NCBI GenBank assembly: GCA_000388065.2
Contig: KB932202.1
DNA: 64,000 nucleotides
DNA from: Fonticula alba ATCC 38817
Lineage: Eukaryota > Protista > Nucleariida
Direction: 5' to 3' (one strand)
The notes under the pieces were generated by a model that was not told where the DNA came from, did not search any database, and saw only the letters and a program-made list of their open reading frames with translations. A program made the position numbers and the translations under genes. This document shows, one piece after another, positions 48,628-60,250 of this stretch (the stretch's first letter is position 1; each line of letters begins with the position of its first letter).

Positions 48628-49851
48628 TCTCTCTCCCTCTCCCTCTCCCTCTCCCTCTCCCCCTCTCTTTCCCCTCCTGTCTAACCACGTCGTGCTCCCC
48701 CCCCCTCGCCCCTGGCCCACCGCACGCCATTCATCGACCAGTCTTTGCCTTGTGGAAGTTCATCCCGCGCCCGAGCCAGCGTAAGGTCCAAACTCTGCTT
48801 TTCAGTGCAACCCTCCCAGAGAGCACACACAACTCGCTCCTTCGCTTTGCCCCGCAGCATGAGCTTGTTCATCTGAATGACAAGATGCTCTCGCCCGAGC
48901 AGCGTGCGTCCTCCCTACTCTCTCCCCCCCCCTCCCCATCCCGAAGACCATGTGTTTATGTTGCTTCCCCGCTGCCCCCTTCGCTGCTCAGCAGCTGCCT
49001 CTCCTGACCACTTCCCGCTCGCTGGCGCCCCCCACAGTCAAGGAGTATGTTTATGATTGTGGCGCCCAGCGAAAGATGTCTCTCCTGTTGTACTTCCTCC
49101 GTCGCCACCGCCGGTCCCATGTCACCCTGCTGGACCGAAAGACCATGGTGTATGTTCGGAGCCGGGTGCGTGCGGAGCGGGTTGCCGCGCACCTCCGGGA
49201 AAACGGCGTCCGCGCTGTGGCCCTTCACTCGAAGGTATCGGCCGCGCAGCAGCGTGCCACGCTGGCGCGCTTCGCCCCGCCGGCCGATGGCTCCGGCACT
49301 GCCCCGCCACCGGCGACGCGCTTCCGCAAGGCTTTCACCGATGACGGAAAGTCAGAGATTGATGTGATGGTGGTGACCGATGTTCTCGGTCGAGGCATCG
49401 ACCTGCCCAACGTCGAGGCCGTGGTCAACCTGGACCTTCCCCTGCGTGCGGAGGATTATGTCCACCGGGTGGGCCGCACCGCGCGTGGTGTACGTGTTGA
49501 GCATATGTTCCTTTCCCTTCGACCTTCGATCTGGCATTTCCTCCGGCACTCCCCCTGCCTGGGTCTCCCCCCTCCCCCGCCCTTCCCCCGTGCTAACACC
49601 GAGGTGGACATGCGCCTTTTCTTTCGGCCATCTCCGGGCACGCATGTACGCACACAGGATCGCTCCGGTCTGGCCCTCACGTTCGTCAGCCCGGAACTCC
49701 AAAATATCAAGGTTGGCACCTACCAAACTACAGTATGTCGAGGATTGCCCCTCTCTTTGCCGGCTTCTTTTTTTTTTTCGCCCTCGTCCCCCGGCCCTTG
49801 CCTCCCGGACCTTCCGCTGGTCGACGCCATGGTAGCATGTTCTCACTGATA

Positions 49852-49901
<50 letters not shown>

Positions 49902-50907
49902 CAGGTGCCTTCCAGTCGCGGCCGAAGATCATCAGCAATGGGTACTCCTTCCGCATGCCCTGCGTGCAGCAGGTTGATCGGTACGCTCGCCCCCCTGATC
50001 CCTCACTCCCCCCCGGCGGCCGGGGCCCAGTTCGCTCTGCGAGGTCGGCTGGTCGGCTTGTCCCTTCCCCCCCCCCGCCCCGCCTCTCCCCACCACCCAG
50101 CGTTCCGAGTCCGCCACTCTGCAGGCCATTGAGACGATGCTTCGGCGGCGCCTTCCCCGAAGCAAGGTTCCCGGGCCTTGGCTGGACGTGGATTCGGCCA
50201 CATATGATCGTCTGCGTGGGCGCGAGGCGACCCCGGGGCCGGATGCGACCGCTTCGCCGGTTAGCCCGGCCAACGGCAAGCGCCTCCGGCCGAAGGACAT
50301 GTCGTCGGTCGTCCTGCCGGCGGCCATGTTCTCCGATCGAAAGGTGGCCAGCTTGAGCCGGGCGATGGCCTTCCATGCTGGCGATGAGCAAGCCACGTCG
50401 GCTCTGGCGGCCCCGCTGGTGGATGCAATGCGCGCGGCAGCCGCCGCCGAGGCGACCGGGCCCGCCAATCCCTCCTTCGAGGAGTTGGTCCAGAAGTTCG
50501 AGCGCAAGCGCGCGCAGGACAGCGGTCTTGCCAGCAGCATGGTGCATGCGGCCTCCTTTGACAGGACCCGGCAGAGGGCCCCGCTCTTTGTGCCGGACGT
50601 GGAGCGAAGTGTGCGCGATGCCCTGGAGCGCCTGCCGGTGGCACAACTCGGCAACAAGACTGCCCTGAACCGGGCCCGGCGGATTGCCTCGCGCCGGGGG
50701 AAGCGCCGTGCCGCGGCCGCTGCCCAGAGCCAGCGCGAGGTCCATCTTCAGAAGAAGGGCTCCCGTGAGAGTGGCACCATTGGCCGTAGGAGCTCCTCCC
50801 CCTCCGGCAGCAAGGGCCCCTCCGGCGGCAAGAGCACCAAGAGGGCCACGCCGGTGGCCGAGCGCCCGGAGAAGCGCCGCCCCACTCTCGTCTGGTCTCG
50901 GGATTAG
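47093..50907 (+). CDS. DEAD-box RNA helicase (RhlE-like), probable mitochondrial presequence; exon structure around 49730-50100 ambiguous
   Basis: Q motif TPIQRAAIP, AQTGTGKT, PTGPLAAQ, TPG, motif II DECD, SAT, GRGIDLPNV, YVHRVGRTAR, basic C-terminal tail. The N-terminus MLAIRCLRGSLGTALRR is amphipathic and Arg-rich. Confidence 0.9.
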
Positions 50908-51663
50908 CGTGTGTGTCCCCCCGCCCCCCCCCCCTCCCCCCTCCGCTTTCCGCGTGGCGGTGTCCCCCCCACCTTTGGCCTTGTTTGTCCGTTCGACAGT
51001 CGGATCTGGATGTTGTGGTTGCGTCTGCGAGCGCCTGTCCTCTCCTCAAAATATATCCCCACCACCAGCGAGGGGGGGGGACGTTCAAGCGGGCATCACG
51101 GCGGTGGGTCCTGGCAGCCAGTCTGGACAAAGCCACGCTCTCCGGAATAGATTCTCCCACATAATTGAGAGGTATAATGGATTTTTATTTATGCTCCAGG
51201 TCTCTCTGCCTCTTCCCCCCCCCCCCCCCCCCCGGCCGCGGGCCGCTTTCTCCATTGCTGAGTACATGGCTTCGTAAAATGGTTTCCAAGCACACGATGT
51301 GATCAATCGGGGCAGCACCTCCGCCAGGCCTTACATCACATGGCACGCGAGGAATTTGTCGCTGCAATTTCCCCAGATTAACAGCCCGCCCTGGGCCTGC
51401 CGCCGGGGTGGCGGGCGGGAGGAGGGGGCGCACGGTGATCTTCGGCCCGGCCACCTTCTCCGGGACCATCTGCCTGTTCTCTGCTGACCACACCTATTCT
51501 TGGTGTATGCCGTGTGGTATTCCTGTTCCTGTAGGCTGGGATCGGCTGGAGGGCCACTTGTGGCCCGGGGCTCCCCCGGTTCGCGGGTGGACATCTCCCG
51601 GGAGAGGAATGTCCCGCCCCCCAGGCCGGAAAAGAGTGGGGCCTCACACAGTGTCTCTTTCTT

Positions 51664-51694
<31 letters not shown>

Positions 51695-52459
51695 GTCTCT
51701 CTTGTCCGCCCTGCCTTTCGCCTGTGGCTTATTCATCCATGCCCGGACGGATGGAAGGGTAGATATGGATACCACGCACACAAACACACACGCCGGTCTG
51801 TAAATGTGTGAAAGGTTCGGGGGGAACGGCCAGCTTGCCCCACATTCTTGGGAATTGGACAACGCCCAGCTCGCCCCGGTTCCCGGGCCTCCTCGAAGGT
51901 GGGAGGCAGCCATCTTCCACGGCGAGGCACGGCCGCCGTCCGGGCTGGCGCGAGAGGCCGGCCGAGGTCTCCTCAACATGGGGGGGGGTGGCTGGAAACA
52001 TATCCCGGGGGGGGGCGGAGGGCGAGCGGGGCCCGGTCTTCCCCGGGGCGGAGGCATTTTGTCTGTTTGCCTGTTCTCGCCCGCCTCCGCGTGCGAGGTG
52101 CGTCCGGCGGAGCAGTGCACGCTCGGCCTCTCCGGCCCCTCTCTACGCCGTTTGAAGCGAGGGGAGTGAGGGCAAATATTAGACGCCCCCCTGGCGAGCG
52201 TGTGCACTTGCCGAGGGGGGGGGGCGGCGGGGCTGGGCGGGGCCGTCGTCATATTCCCCCCCCCCCCCCCCCCCCCCCNNNNNNNNNNNNNNNNNNNNNN
52301 NNNNNNNNNNNNNNNNNNNNNNNNNNNNNNNNNNNNNNNNNNNNNNNNNNNNNNNNNNNNNNNNNNNNNNNNNNNNNNNNNNNNNNNNNNNNNNNNNNNN
52401 NNNNNNNNNNNNNNNNNNNNNNNNNNNNNNNNNNNNNNNNNNNNNNNNNNNNNNNNNNN

Positions 52460-52493
52460 GTGGGTATGGTGTGCGGGCGTGCGTGCGCACGCA
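52460..52493 (+). repeat. 34-bp direct repeat (second copy at 54317-54350) upstream of the kinase gene
   Basis: gtgggtatggtgtgcgggcgtgcgtgcgcacgca occurs twice and diverges after base 34. Confidence 0.9.
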
Positions 52494-54205
52494 GGCGGAA
52501 TGGATGCCGGGTGTGTGGGTGTCTGTCTCCCGGGCTCTGAGCTGGTTCCTTGTCCCGGCGGAGGCGAATGAACACACACGCCAGCTGCCAACGGCCTCCC
52601 TTGGCTGGCAACGCCCGGTCAGAGAGGCGTCCTTTCCTCGAGCACACACGGCTCGTAACATTGTCCGCTCGCTCGCCTGGCTGTGGGACGGCCTCCGCGC
52701 GACGCTTGGGTGCTGCCGTGCGGGTTCGCAGCGGCTCGCCTGCCCGCCCGCCCCCCGCGCCCCGCACCTCCCCCCCTGCGAGCCCCCCCCGCCCCCGTGT
52801 TTGCGCGGTCTGCGGCCGGCCTGAGGCGCGTCTTGCGCCTTACGAACAGCCGGGGCAGATTGTGACCCTCGTCCCCCCCCCCCCCCCCGCCCCCCACCCC
52901 CCGGGCGTGCTCTCTCATGGGGGATCCCAGATGGCGTTCCAGGCCTGAACTTCGGAGGGCGTGTGCGTGTGGAAAGGTGGGCCGCGCGAATGTTGGCCCT
53001 CCTGCGCGTGCAGACTGTCTCAGTCCTAACCTTCGTGGCCCAGATGGGGGGGACGAGAGGAGGGGCGACCGGGGGCGAGAACAACGCGCGGGGCGGACAT
53101 CCGGTGGTTGGCTGGGTCCGATCGCTCGGGGCCGGGAAGGGGGCGGGCGGAGGCTGATCTGGCCTGCACTGCCCCCCATATGTGGCTGCAGGGGGCCAGG
53201 CTCTTGGGGGGGGGGGGGGGGGGGGGGGCGGGTCGGAGGNNNNNNNNNNNNNNNNNNNNNNNNNNNNNNNNNNNNNNNNNNNNNNNNNNNNNNNNNNNNN
53301 NNNNNNNNNNNNNNNNNNNNNNNNNNNNNNNNNNNNNNNNNNNNNNNNNNNNNGGGGGGCGGAGGAGAGATCAGCCCCGGGCGGTGAAAGATGACTGGAG
53401 CGACGCGAGAAGGCGGAGTTCTTGCTCGGGAACATTTTGTTGGCCGCCCCCCGCTCCCTGGGAGGCCTGAAAGCATGAAGTGGCCAGGTGCGGGGAGGTC
53501 GCCGAGAGCTGGGGCGTCGTGGGTCCGGGCGCGGACAACCGGCGTCCGCTCTGTCTAGCGGGCCCGGTTTGTGTAGATCGTCGGCCATTTCGGCCCCCCC
53601 CCCCCTATTTCGGCTCGAAGCGCGGGCGAGGCCGCCGGGGCCGGGAGGGCCGGGGGATCGGTCGGCGTTCAGGTCACCTATCCCGGGGTTGGGTGTCGCC
53701 TCGCCCCGACGGCGTCCTTGCCGCCCCTAGATCGCCGGCAGCCGCCATTTCTTCCCCCCCCCCCCCCCCCCGCGGCCGGGCTCCTCCGAGCGCGCAAGGA
53801 CGCCGGGAGAGCCGCGGGGAGGACGGGACTGACCACGGAGAACAGCTGGCGCCGGAGCTTGGAAGCCTGGATGCCAGGACCACACAAGTGCCAGACCGCA
53901 GGACTACGGGCGTGCGGGCGCCGGGCGAGCGAGGGTGTTAGGGGGCGTGGTGGCCGGGAGCCCGGGCGGGCATATTCATGCGCGAGCCCCACCCCAGGCT
54001 GCCCCGGGGTACATGGAGATCCTCGCTTGGCAATTGGGACGGCCAACCCCGGCCCCGGCCAGCCAGCGGAGGTGGAATATTGTTTGAAATTCCATGCACG
54101 CAGACACACTGGCGCGGGTCCCGGATGGAGCTCCGGCATTTAATCTTGTCTTTCGGCCCTCTTGCGCGCGCGCGCGCGCGCGCGTGTATGTGCGTGCATC
54201 TCTCT

Positions 54206-54246
<41 letters not shown>

Positions 54247-54899
54247 TCGTCCTCTTCGTGTTTGTTTACGGGTGGATTGTTCACGGATTCGCCCTTAATG
54301 GCCGTCACTCGCGGGGGTGGGTATGGTGTGCGGGCGTGCGTGCGCACGCATGCGCGCATGCGCGCATGCATACGTGCATGCTGCCGCTCAAGTGGGCCCG
54401 CGCCAGAGCGGAATCTGGCCCCTCGCCCGCCAGAAAGACTTTCTCCTCCCCCTCCCTCTTCCCTCATTGTCTCCCTCCTTCCCTCTCTCTCTCTCTCCCC
54501 CCCCCGCTACTACATCCAATCTCCGCTTCCCCTACCCACGTTGCCCTCCTCTCCGGTGACCCCGCTTCCCTCCTCTGGTGCTGGTTGCCCCGCGCGTCGA
54601 TCGCCGCCCCCTCCCCTCCCGGCGTACGTCCTTCCCCCCGCGGGGGCCGCTCCTCCTATCTCTGTCCTCGCGCCGTCGCCCGGCCCTGTTCCGTCGTCGC
54701 TGCCGCTGCCGTTGCCGCTCTCGCGTGCACGCAGCCCACTCGGTGCGAAGAAAGATCCCGCCTGCGCCGATTGTCGCCCCATATTTCCATCATCGCCTGT
54801 CTCACACCTGCTTCGCCCTGCTTCTGTGGCCCCATTTGCACGTCTCCCCCCTTCTCCTCTCTGCCCCGTCCTCCCTGTCCCAGCTCCCCGCACTTCAAC

Positions 54900-57800
54900 A
54901 TGACTTCGTCATCTGTGCCCAGCTCGGATCTCATCTCCTCCTCGTCGTCCTTCCACACGAGCGACATCTATTCCGACTCCGAGGACAGCGATGATTCCCT
55001 CGGGGACATTGTTCTTCCCCCGCCGGAGTTTGCATTCTGCCAGTCGGTCGCCCAGTCGCCGGGTGGCCTGGGCGGGTCTCCGGTCGCCGGATCCCCACGC
55101 CAAGCCTCCCCGGGCTCGCCGGTCGCCGGAACTCCCATGGCGGTGGCGACAGGCGTGGCTCCCGCATTGGAGGGGGCCCCGAGCCCCCTCTCGACCACCA
55201 CCGCGGCCGATGAGGGACCCGTCACCCCTTCCCGTCGGACCCCGCTGAGCCAACCCATCCGAAAGAAGGACATTTCCTCTCCGACGGACTTTTCGTGCGT
55301 TCTCACCTGCCTTTCCTCTGGCAGTTGCCCCCCGCCTCCGCCTCCCCCTTCCTCCATCCATGCTCGTGGTTCACTCTTTCCCCTTCTAACATTCCGTTCT
55401 TCCTCTTCCTCTCCCTCTCTCTGCCACCCTCCCCCTTCTTGTTGTTCCCCCCCCCCTATGGCCCTTCCGCATGCAGTCATCCCTTCCACGCCACTTCCCT
55501 CGAAGACATGGAGCGCTTTGTGGCGGAACTTGCGGCCGAGGCCCAGCTGGTGACATCGCCCCCTCCGGCGACGACGCCCGGTGTGTCGGTTGCCCCCGAA
55601 TCGGTGTCCCCCCCATCGCCAAGCGGCGTCCAAGACCCCGGCGCTCCCTCACACTCGGCGCCCCCGGGGTCCTCCTCCGCCTCGTCGCGCTTGGCACGGC
55701 TCTTCGGCCGATCGGCCTCCAAGATGAAGGAGGCTGTCTCCAAGTCGCCGGGGAGCCGATCGGCCTCGCCTTCCGGGTCTCCTTCCCTCTCCCGACAGTC
55801 GTCCGTTCGCGAGCCCCACGCCACTGGACGAAGCCCCGTCATCAACTCCTGTGATCCGGTGGGCAATCTGGTTGATTTGCCGGCCGCCTCCGGCGGCGGG
55901 CCCGGCCCCATGGCTGGGGGGGCCTCTTCCGACACCATCCCGCCTGCTGCCGAGACGGAGCCGCTCGAGCAGCATGAGCCGGTTCACCAGCAAATGGAGC
56001 AGCTATCGGTCAGCCAGCAGGCGCCGGAGCCGGCATCGGAGCAGCACGTCCAGCATGGCTGGGAGTTCTCGCGGTCCGATGCCGGGAGCGATGCCTCCCA
56101 CTATTCGGAGATCGAGGATCTCTCCCAAGACCCCAGTACGTGTGCTTCACGCATGTCACTTCCCCGGACGCCCTCTCCTTGGCTGCCTTCCCTGACGCCT
56201 TCTGCCGGCTGATCCGCTCCGGCCCACGTCAGGCATCCCTCCCAATCTGATCGAAGCGCTGATGAAGTTCGATGAGTCGGAATTCTGGAACTCCGGCCGC
56301 ACGCTGATCCCCTCGAACGAGCTCGAGGCCGGCGAGGCTGGCGAAGCCACCGCCGTGACATTGCGCCACCCGAGCGAGCGAACCGTCCAGCGTTCCCTCT
56401 CCACCAAGGTCTGGCTTGAGACATACTACGATTCGTTGCATCGAAGTGCGTGCCGCCCCTGGTCCCCCCTTTTTGCCGACGGCTCTTCCCGCTTCCGCTG
56501 CCATCCGGCACCCATCCTAATGGTCGTTTCCTTTCCTCCTCCCCCGTACGCGATCAGTCCGCATCGAGCGCAAGAACCGCCGGACCCGACTGGATGAGGA
56601 GCTCGACCGCATGGGTGCTTCAGACGAACTCCGCCGGCAGATGCATACTCGGTGCGCAGCCCCTGCCTTTCTCTTGCCTTTCTCCTGCCTTTCTCTTGCC
56701 TTTCTCCTGCCTTTCTCTTGCCTTTCTCTTGCCATTCTCTGGCCTTTCTCTTGCCTTTCTCTTGCCATTCTCTGGCCATTCTCTGGCCATTCTCTGGCCT
56801 TTCTCTGGCCTTTCTCTTGCCATTCTCTGGCCATTCTCTGGCCTCCCTCTGACTCCCCCTCCCCCCCCTCCTCCTCCGACCGTGCCACATGACAGCCTCT
56901 CTCGCAAGGAGACCGACTACATGCGTCTGCGTCGCCAGCGTGTCAAAACCGACTCCTTCGAAACCGTGCGAACCATCGGCCGAGGTGCTTTCGGGGTTGT
57001 GCAGCTGGTCCGCGAGCGGTCCTCCGGCAAGGTCTACGCCATGAAGCGCCTGGACAAGAAGGAGATGATCCGTCAGCATCAGGAAGGTATGTGGTTCACC
57101 CTTTGCCCGCATGCCCCCCTTTCTTGCTTCTCTGGCCCCCGGGTCTATCTTCGTTTCGGGTTGATCTCTGCCCATTCTGACGATTACCTTTGTGCTTTTG
57201 CGCGCCCGTGTGCGTGTGCGCGTGTGCGCGGACGGGCGGCCGGGCGGGCTCCCTTCCCTCTTTCCCCCCATTGGCTCCGTCCATACTTATGTCTCCCTGT
57301 ATGGTCCGCCTTGCATACAGGTCACGTTCGTGCCGAGCGCGATCTACTTGCCGCGGCATCGGCTGCGGCCTCCAAATCCATCGTCCGTCTGTATCACTCT
57401 TTTCAGGATCGAGTGCGTGCCCATGTTTCTCCCTCGGCCCGTCTCTTCTACACTGGCCGTCCTGACGTTGTCTTTTTCGCCCCCCCCCCCCTTTTGTCGC
57501 AGGACAACCTCTATCTTGTGATGGATTACATGGCCGGCGGGGACTTGCTGAACCTCCTGATTCGCGTGGACGTTCTGCCCGAAGCGCAGGCACGTGTATA
57601 CATGGCGGAGATGGCCCTGGCCATTGCCGAGGTCCACCGGCTGGGGTTCGTTCACCGGGACGTCAAGCCGGACAATTTTCTTTTCACATCCGACGGGCAC
57701 CTGCGGATCTCGGACTTCGGTTTGTGCACCGGCTTCCACTGGGCCCATGATGCGCGCTTTTATGAACGCCAGCGCCGGCGCGCGTCGAACATCATTTCCG

Positions 57801-58988
57801 AGTCGGCCGGTCCCGGTCCTCTGCCCTCTTCGGCGTTGCACCCGGCGGCCGTGGACCGCACGCAAGCCGTGGCCGCGGCGGCCGCCACGACGGCCGCTCA
57901 TCCCGGGGCCCTCCCCGGTGGCAAGGCCGGGCGCAACAATGACAGCGGGGACAAGGTCCTCTTCTTCCGCCGGCTGCAACGCCGAGCCATGGCCTTCTCC
58001 GTGGTCGGGACAAACAATTACATTGCCCCGGAGGTCCTGCTTCAGGTGGGCTACAACTTCGCCTGTGACTGGTGGTCCCTGGGGGTCATCCTCTTTGAGA
58101 TGCTCTATGGCTATCCGCCCTTCTTCGCGCCGACGCGCTCCGAAACCAAGTCCAAGATTGTCCACTGGCGGCATCACCTGCGCATTCCCGCTGCATCGGT
58201 CCCCCCTCGCCGCCCGGGGACCACGGGCAAAAACCCCGAGGACCGGCTGCCCCCCTATCCCGTGTCGATGGCCGCGCGGAATCTAATTTCCCGATTGATT
58301 TGCGACCCACCAGACCGCCTTGCCCGGCTGGACGACATGCGTGTGCGTGCCTGGCCGCCTTCTCGTGTGCTTCCTGTCGACCTTCCTTCTGCATCGCTTA
58401 CACCGTCTCCATTCGCCCCTGTGCGGGCTCTTTCTCTCTCTCTCTCTCTCTCTCTCCCCCTGCCCCCCTTCCATGGCCTCTGAATGTGGCAGTCACATCC
58501 CTTCTTTGCGGGCATCGACTGGGCCGCCGTTCGAGACCAACCAGCTCCCTGGCTGCCGGGCCTCGATAGCCCGACCGACACGCGGTACTTCGATGACTTC
58601 GGAGATGGGGATGTTGCCCCGGGGGCGACCATGATGAACCCCCCGCCGCCGGCGGCGGGGGCCCCTGTCAGCGTCGTCCCCGGTGGGCCGGCTGTCGGCA
58701 TGGCGCCGCACATGGGGGCAGCCCCGGTGGCGCATCTTCTGCCGGCTGGTGCGCCGGTTCCTCTGACACATCATGTAATGCTCCCGGTGCCGGGGGCCCT
58801 TGTCCATGCTCCTGGTGGGGGTCCGCATCTTGTTCACCCGCAGTTGGGACAGCCCTTGCCGGCTGGCCCGGCGGCCGGGCCCGGGTATGTTTTCATGCCC
58901 CCCGGTCCCGGCGGAGGTGCCCCCCATCCGATGGTGCCCTTCCCCGGGGGGCCCGGCGTGATGGGTCAGCATATGTCACCGGATTTGT

Positions 58989-59019
<31 letters not shown>

Positions 59020-59506
59020 CGGCGGCGGCGGTATTGCCGGCTCCACCTTGCCGCCCATGGGCGGGCCCGTCGCCTCGGTCGCTGCAGGCGCCGATGAGGG
59101 TGCCGGTTCTTCACTGGCAGTTCCCTCGGCTGGCCAGCCGGGCGGAGTGGCAACCGCCCCCATGGCCACTGGTGGTGGTGGTGGTGGCGGCGGCGGCGGC
59201 GGAAGCGGCGTTTTCACCGACACAACGGACGTCGACCAGTTTGCCTTCCACGGATTCACGCATATTGGCTTCTTCAACTTGACGCGTTTCTATGAGGCGG
59301 ATGATGCGGAGTCCAGCCGCGGACGATCGGCCTCCGGGTCGGGCGATCGACCGATGGATCCCCTGCAGAAGGCCGTCCTGTCGAAGCTCATCAACGACCA
59401 AGTCATCACCTCGGAGAAGGTGCTTGGCTGGGAAGATGGCAGCAGCCCGGTCAGCGACAGTGGGAATGCCGGGACGGATTCCCCGGCAGCCAACTCACAA
59501 TATTGA
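54900..59506 (+). CDS. LATS/NDR-family AGC Ser/Thr kinase with a predicted N-terminal CRIB motif, 8 exons
   Basis: MOB-binding region (KVWLETYYDSL..ERKNRRTRLDEEL..RKETDYMRLRR), IGRGAFG, GHVRAERD, HRDVKPDN, DFGLCTGFHWAHDARFY, AFSVVGTNNYIAPEVL, CDWWSLGVILFEML.GYPPF, HPFFAGIDW, DTRYFD, hydrophobic motif AFHGFTHIGFF. All 7 introns are phase-compatible GT-AG. Confidence 0.93.
56665..56843 (+). repeat. 11-bp minisatellite (gcctttctctt / gccattctctg variants, about 16 copies) in a kinase intron
   Basis: Directly visible tandem array between the donor at about 56651 and the acceptor at about 56896. Confidence 0.93.
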
Positions 59507-60250
59507 CGATCAGCCGAGAGACGAGCCCCGGGGATCGGAGGGGGGAGGGCGCGGTAGCAAGCCACTTCCCCTCCTCTCCCTCCGCTCCCTCTGCTCCCTC
59601 CGCTCCCTCCGCTCCCTCCCCTCTTCATCACTCCTCTGGCGACATCTCTTTGTACACATGCGTCTTCTCCCCTCCCTCCCCCTACCTGTCGTTCCCGCTG
59701 GTTCGATGCGAGCGTACAGACATAGACACGGGCGCATGCCTTCTCTCCCGCTGCCCTTCCCTTCCTTCCCTTCCCTCCTCCCTCCCTCTTGTCGCCATCT
59801 CTCCTCTTCTTTTTAGTCATCTCTACTTCCTGTTGTGCTTTCCTGTGTGTGTTTCGCAGCGGGCGGACACGCCCCGCCGCGCCCAATGGATTATGCCATA
59901 TAATTGCATTTCTGCCTCCCTCTATGGCGGTGGAAGGAGGCGAGGGCAGATACCTTGGTGTTGGGCAATGATCTTTATTCACCAGTCATTCCATCGTGTG
60001 TGTGTGTGTGTGTGCGTGTGCGTGTGTTCGCATGTGTGAGGGGTGGCGGGTGCCCGAACAGCAGAAAAGGGGGGCTTCTGTGGACATGGGACCCAGGCGG
60101 CGGGGGAAGCGCGGGCAAAGTCGCTTCTGCGAGAGATGCCCCGAGATCTGGGGGAGGAGACACGCACGCCCGTGTGGAAAATAGACACACACACACACCC
60201 ATGTACTTATATATGTGTGTATGCGCGTGCCAGTGGAAAGCAAAGACCCT

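Noticed and set aside
49905-49980. Possible cassette micro-exon in the helicase after a 48-nt C run
   Set aside because: No combination of the strongest acceptor and a consensus donor keeps the frame; it cannot be resolved without transcript data.
31504-59506. CDC42 and CRIB-kinase as a functional gene cluster
   Set aside because: They are 22 kb apart with three unrelated genes between them, and eukaryotic proximity alone is weak evidence. Only the CRIB motif itself is kept as a finding.
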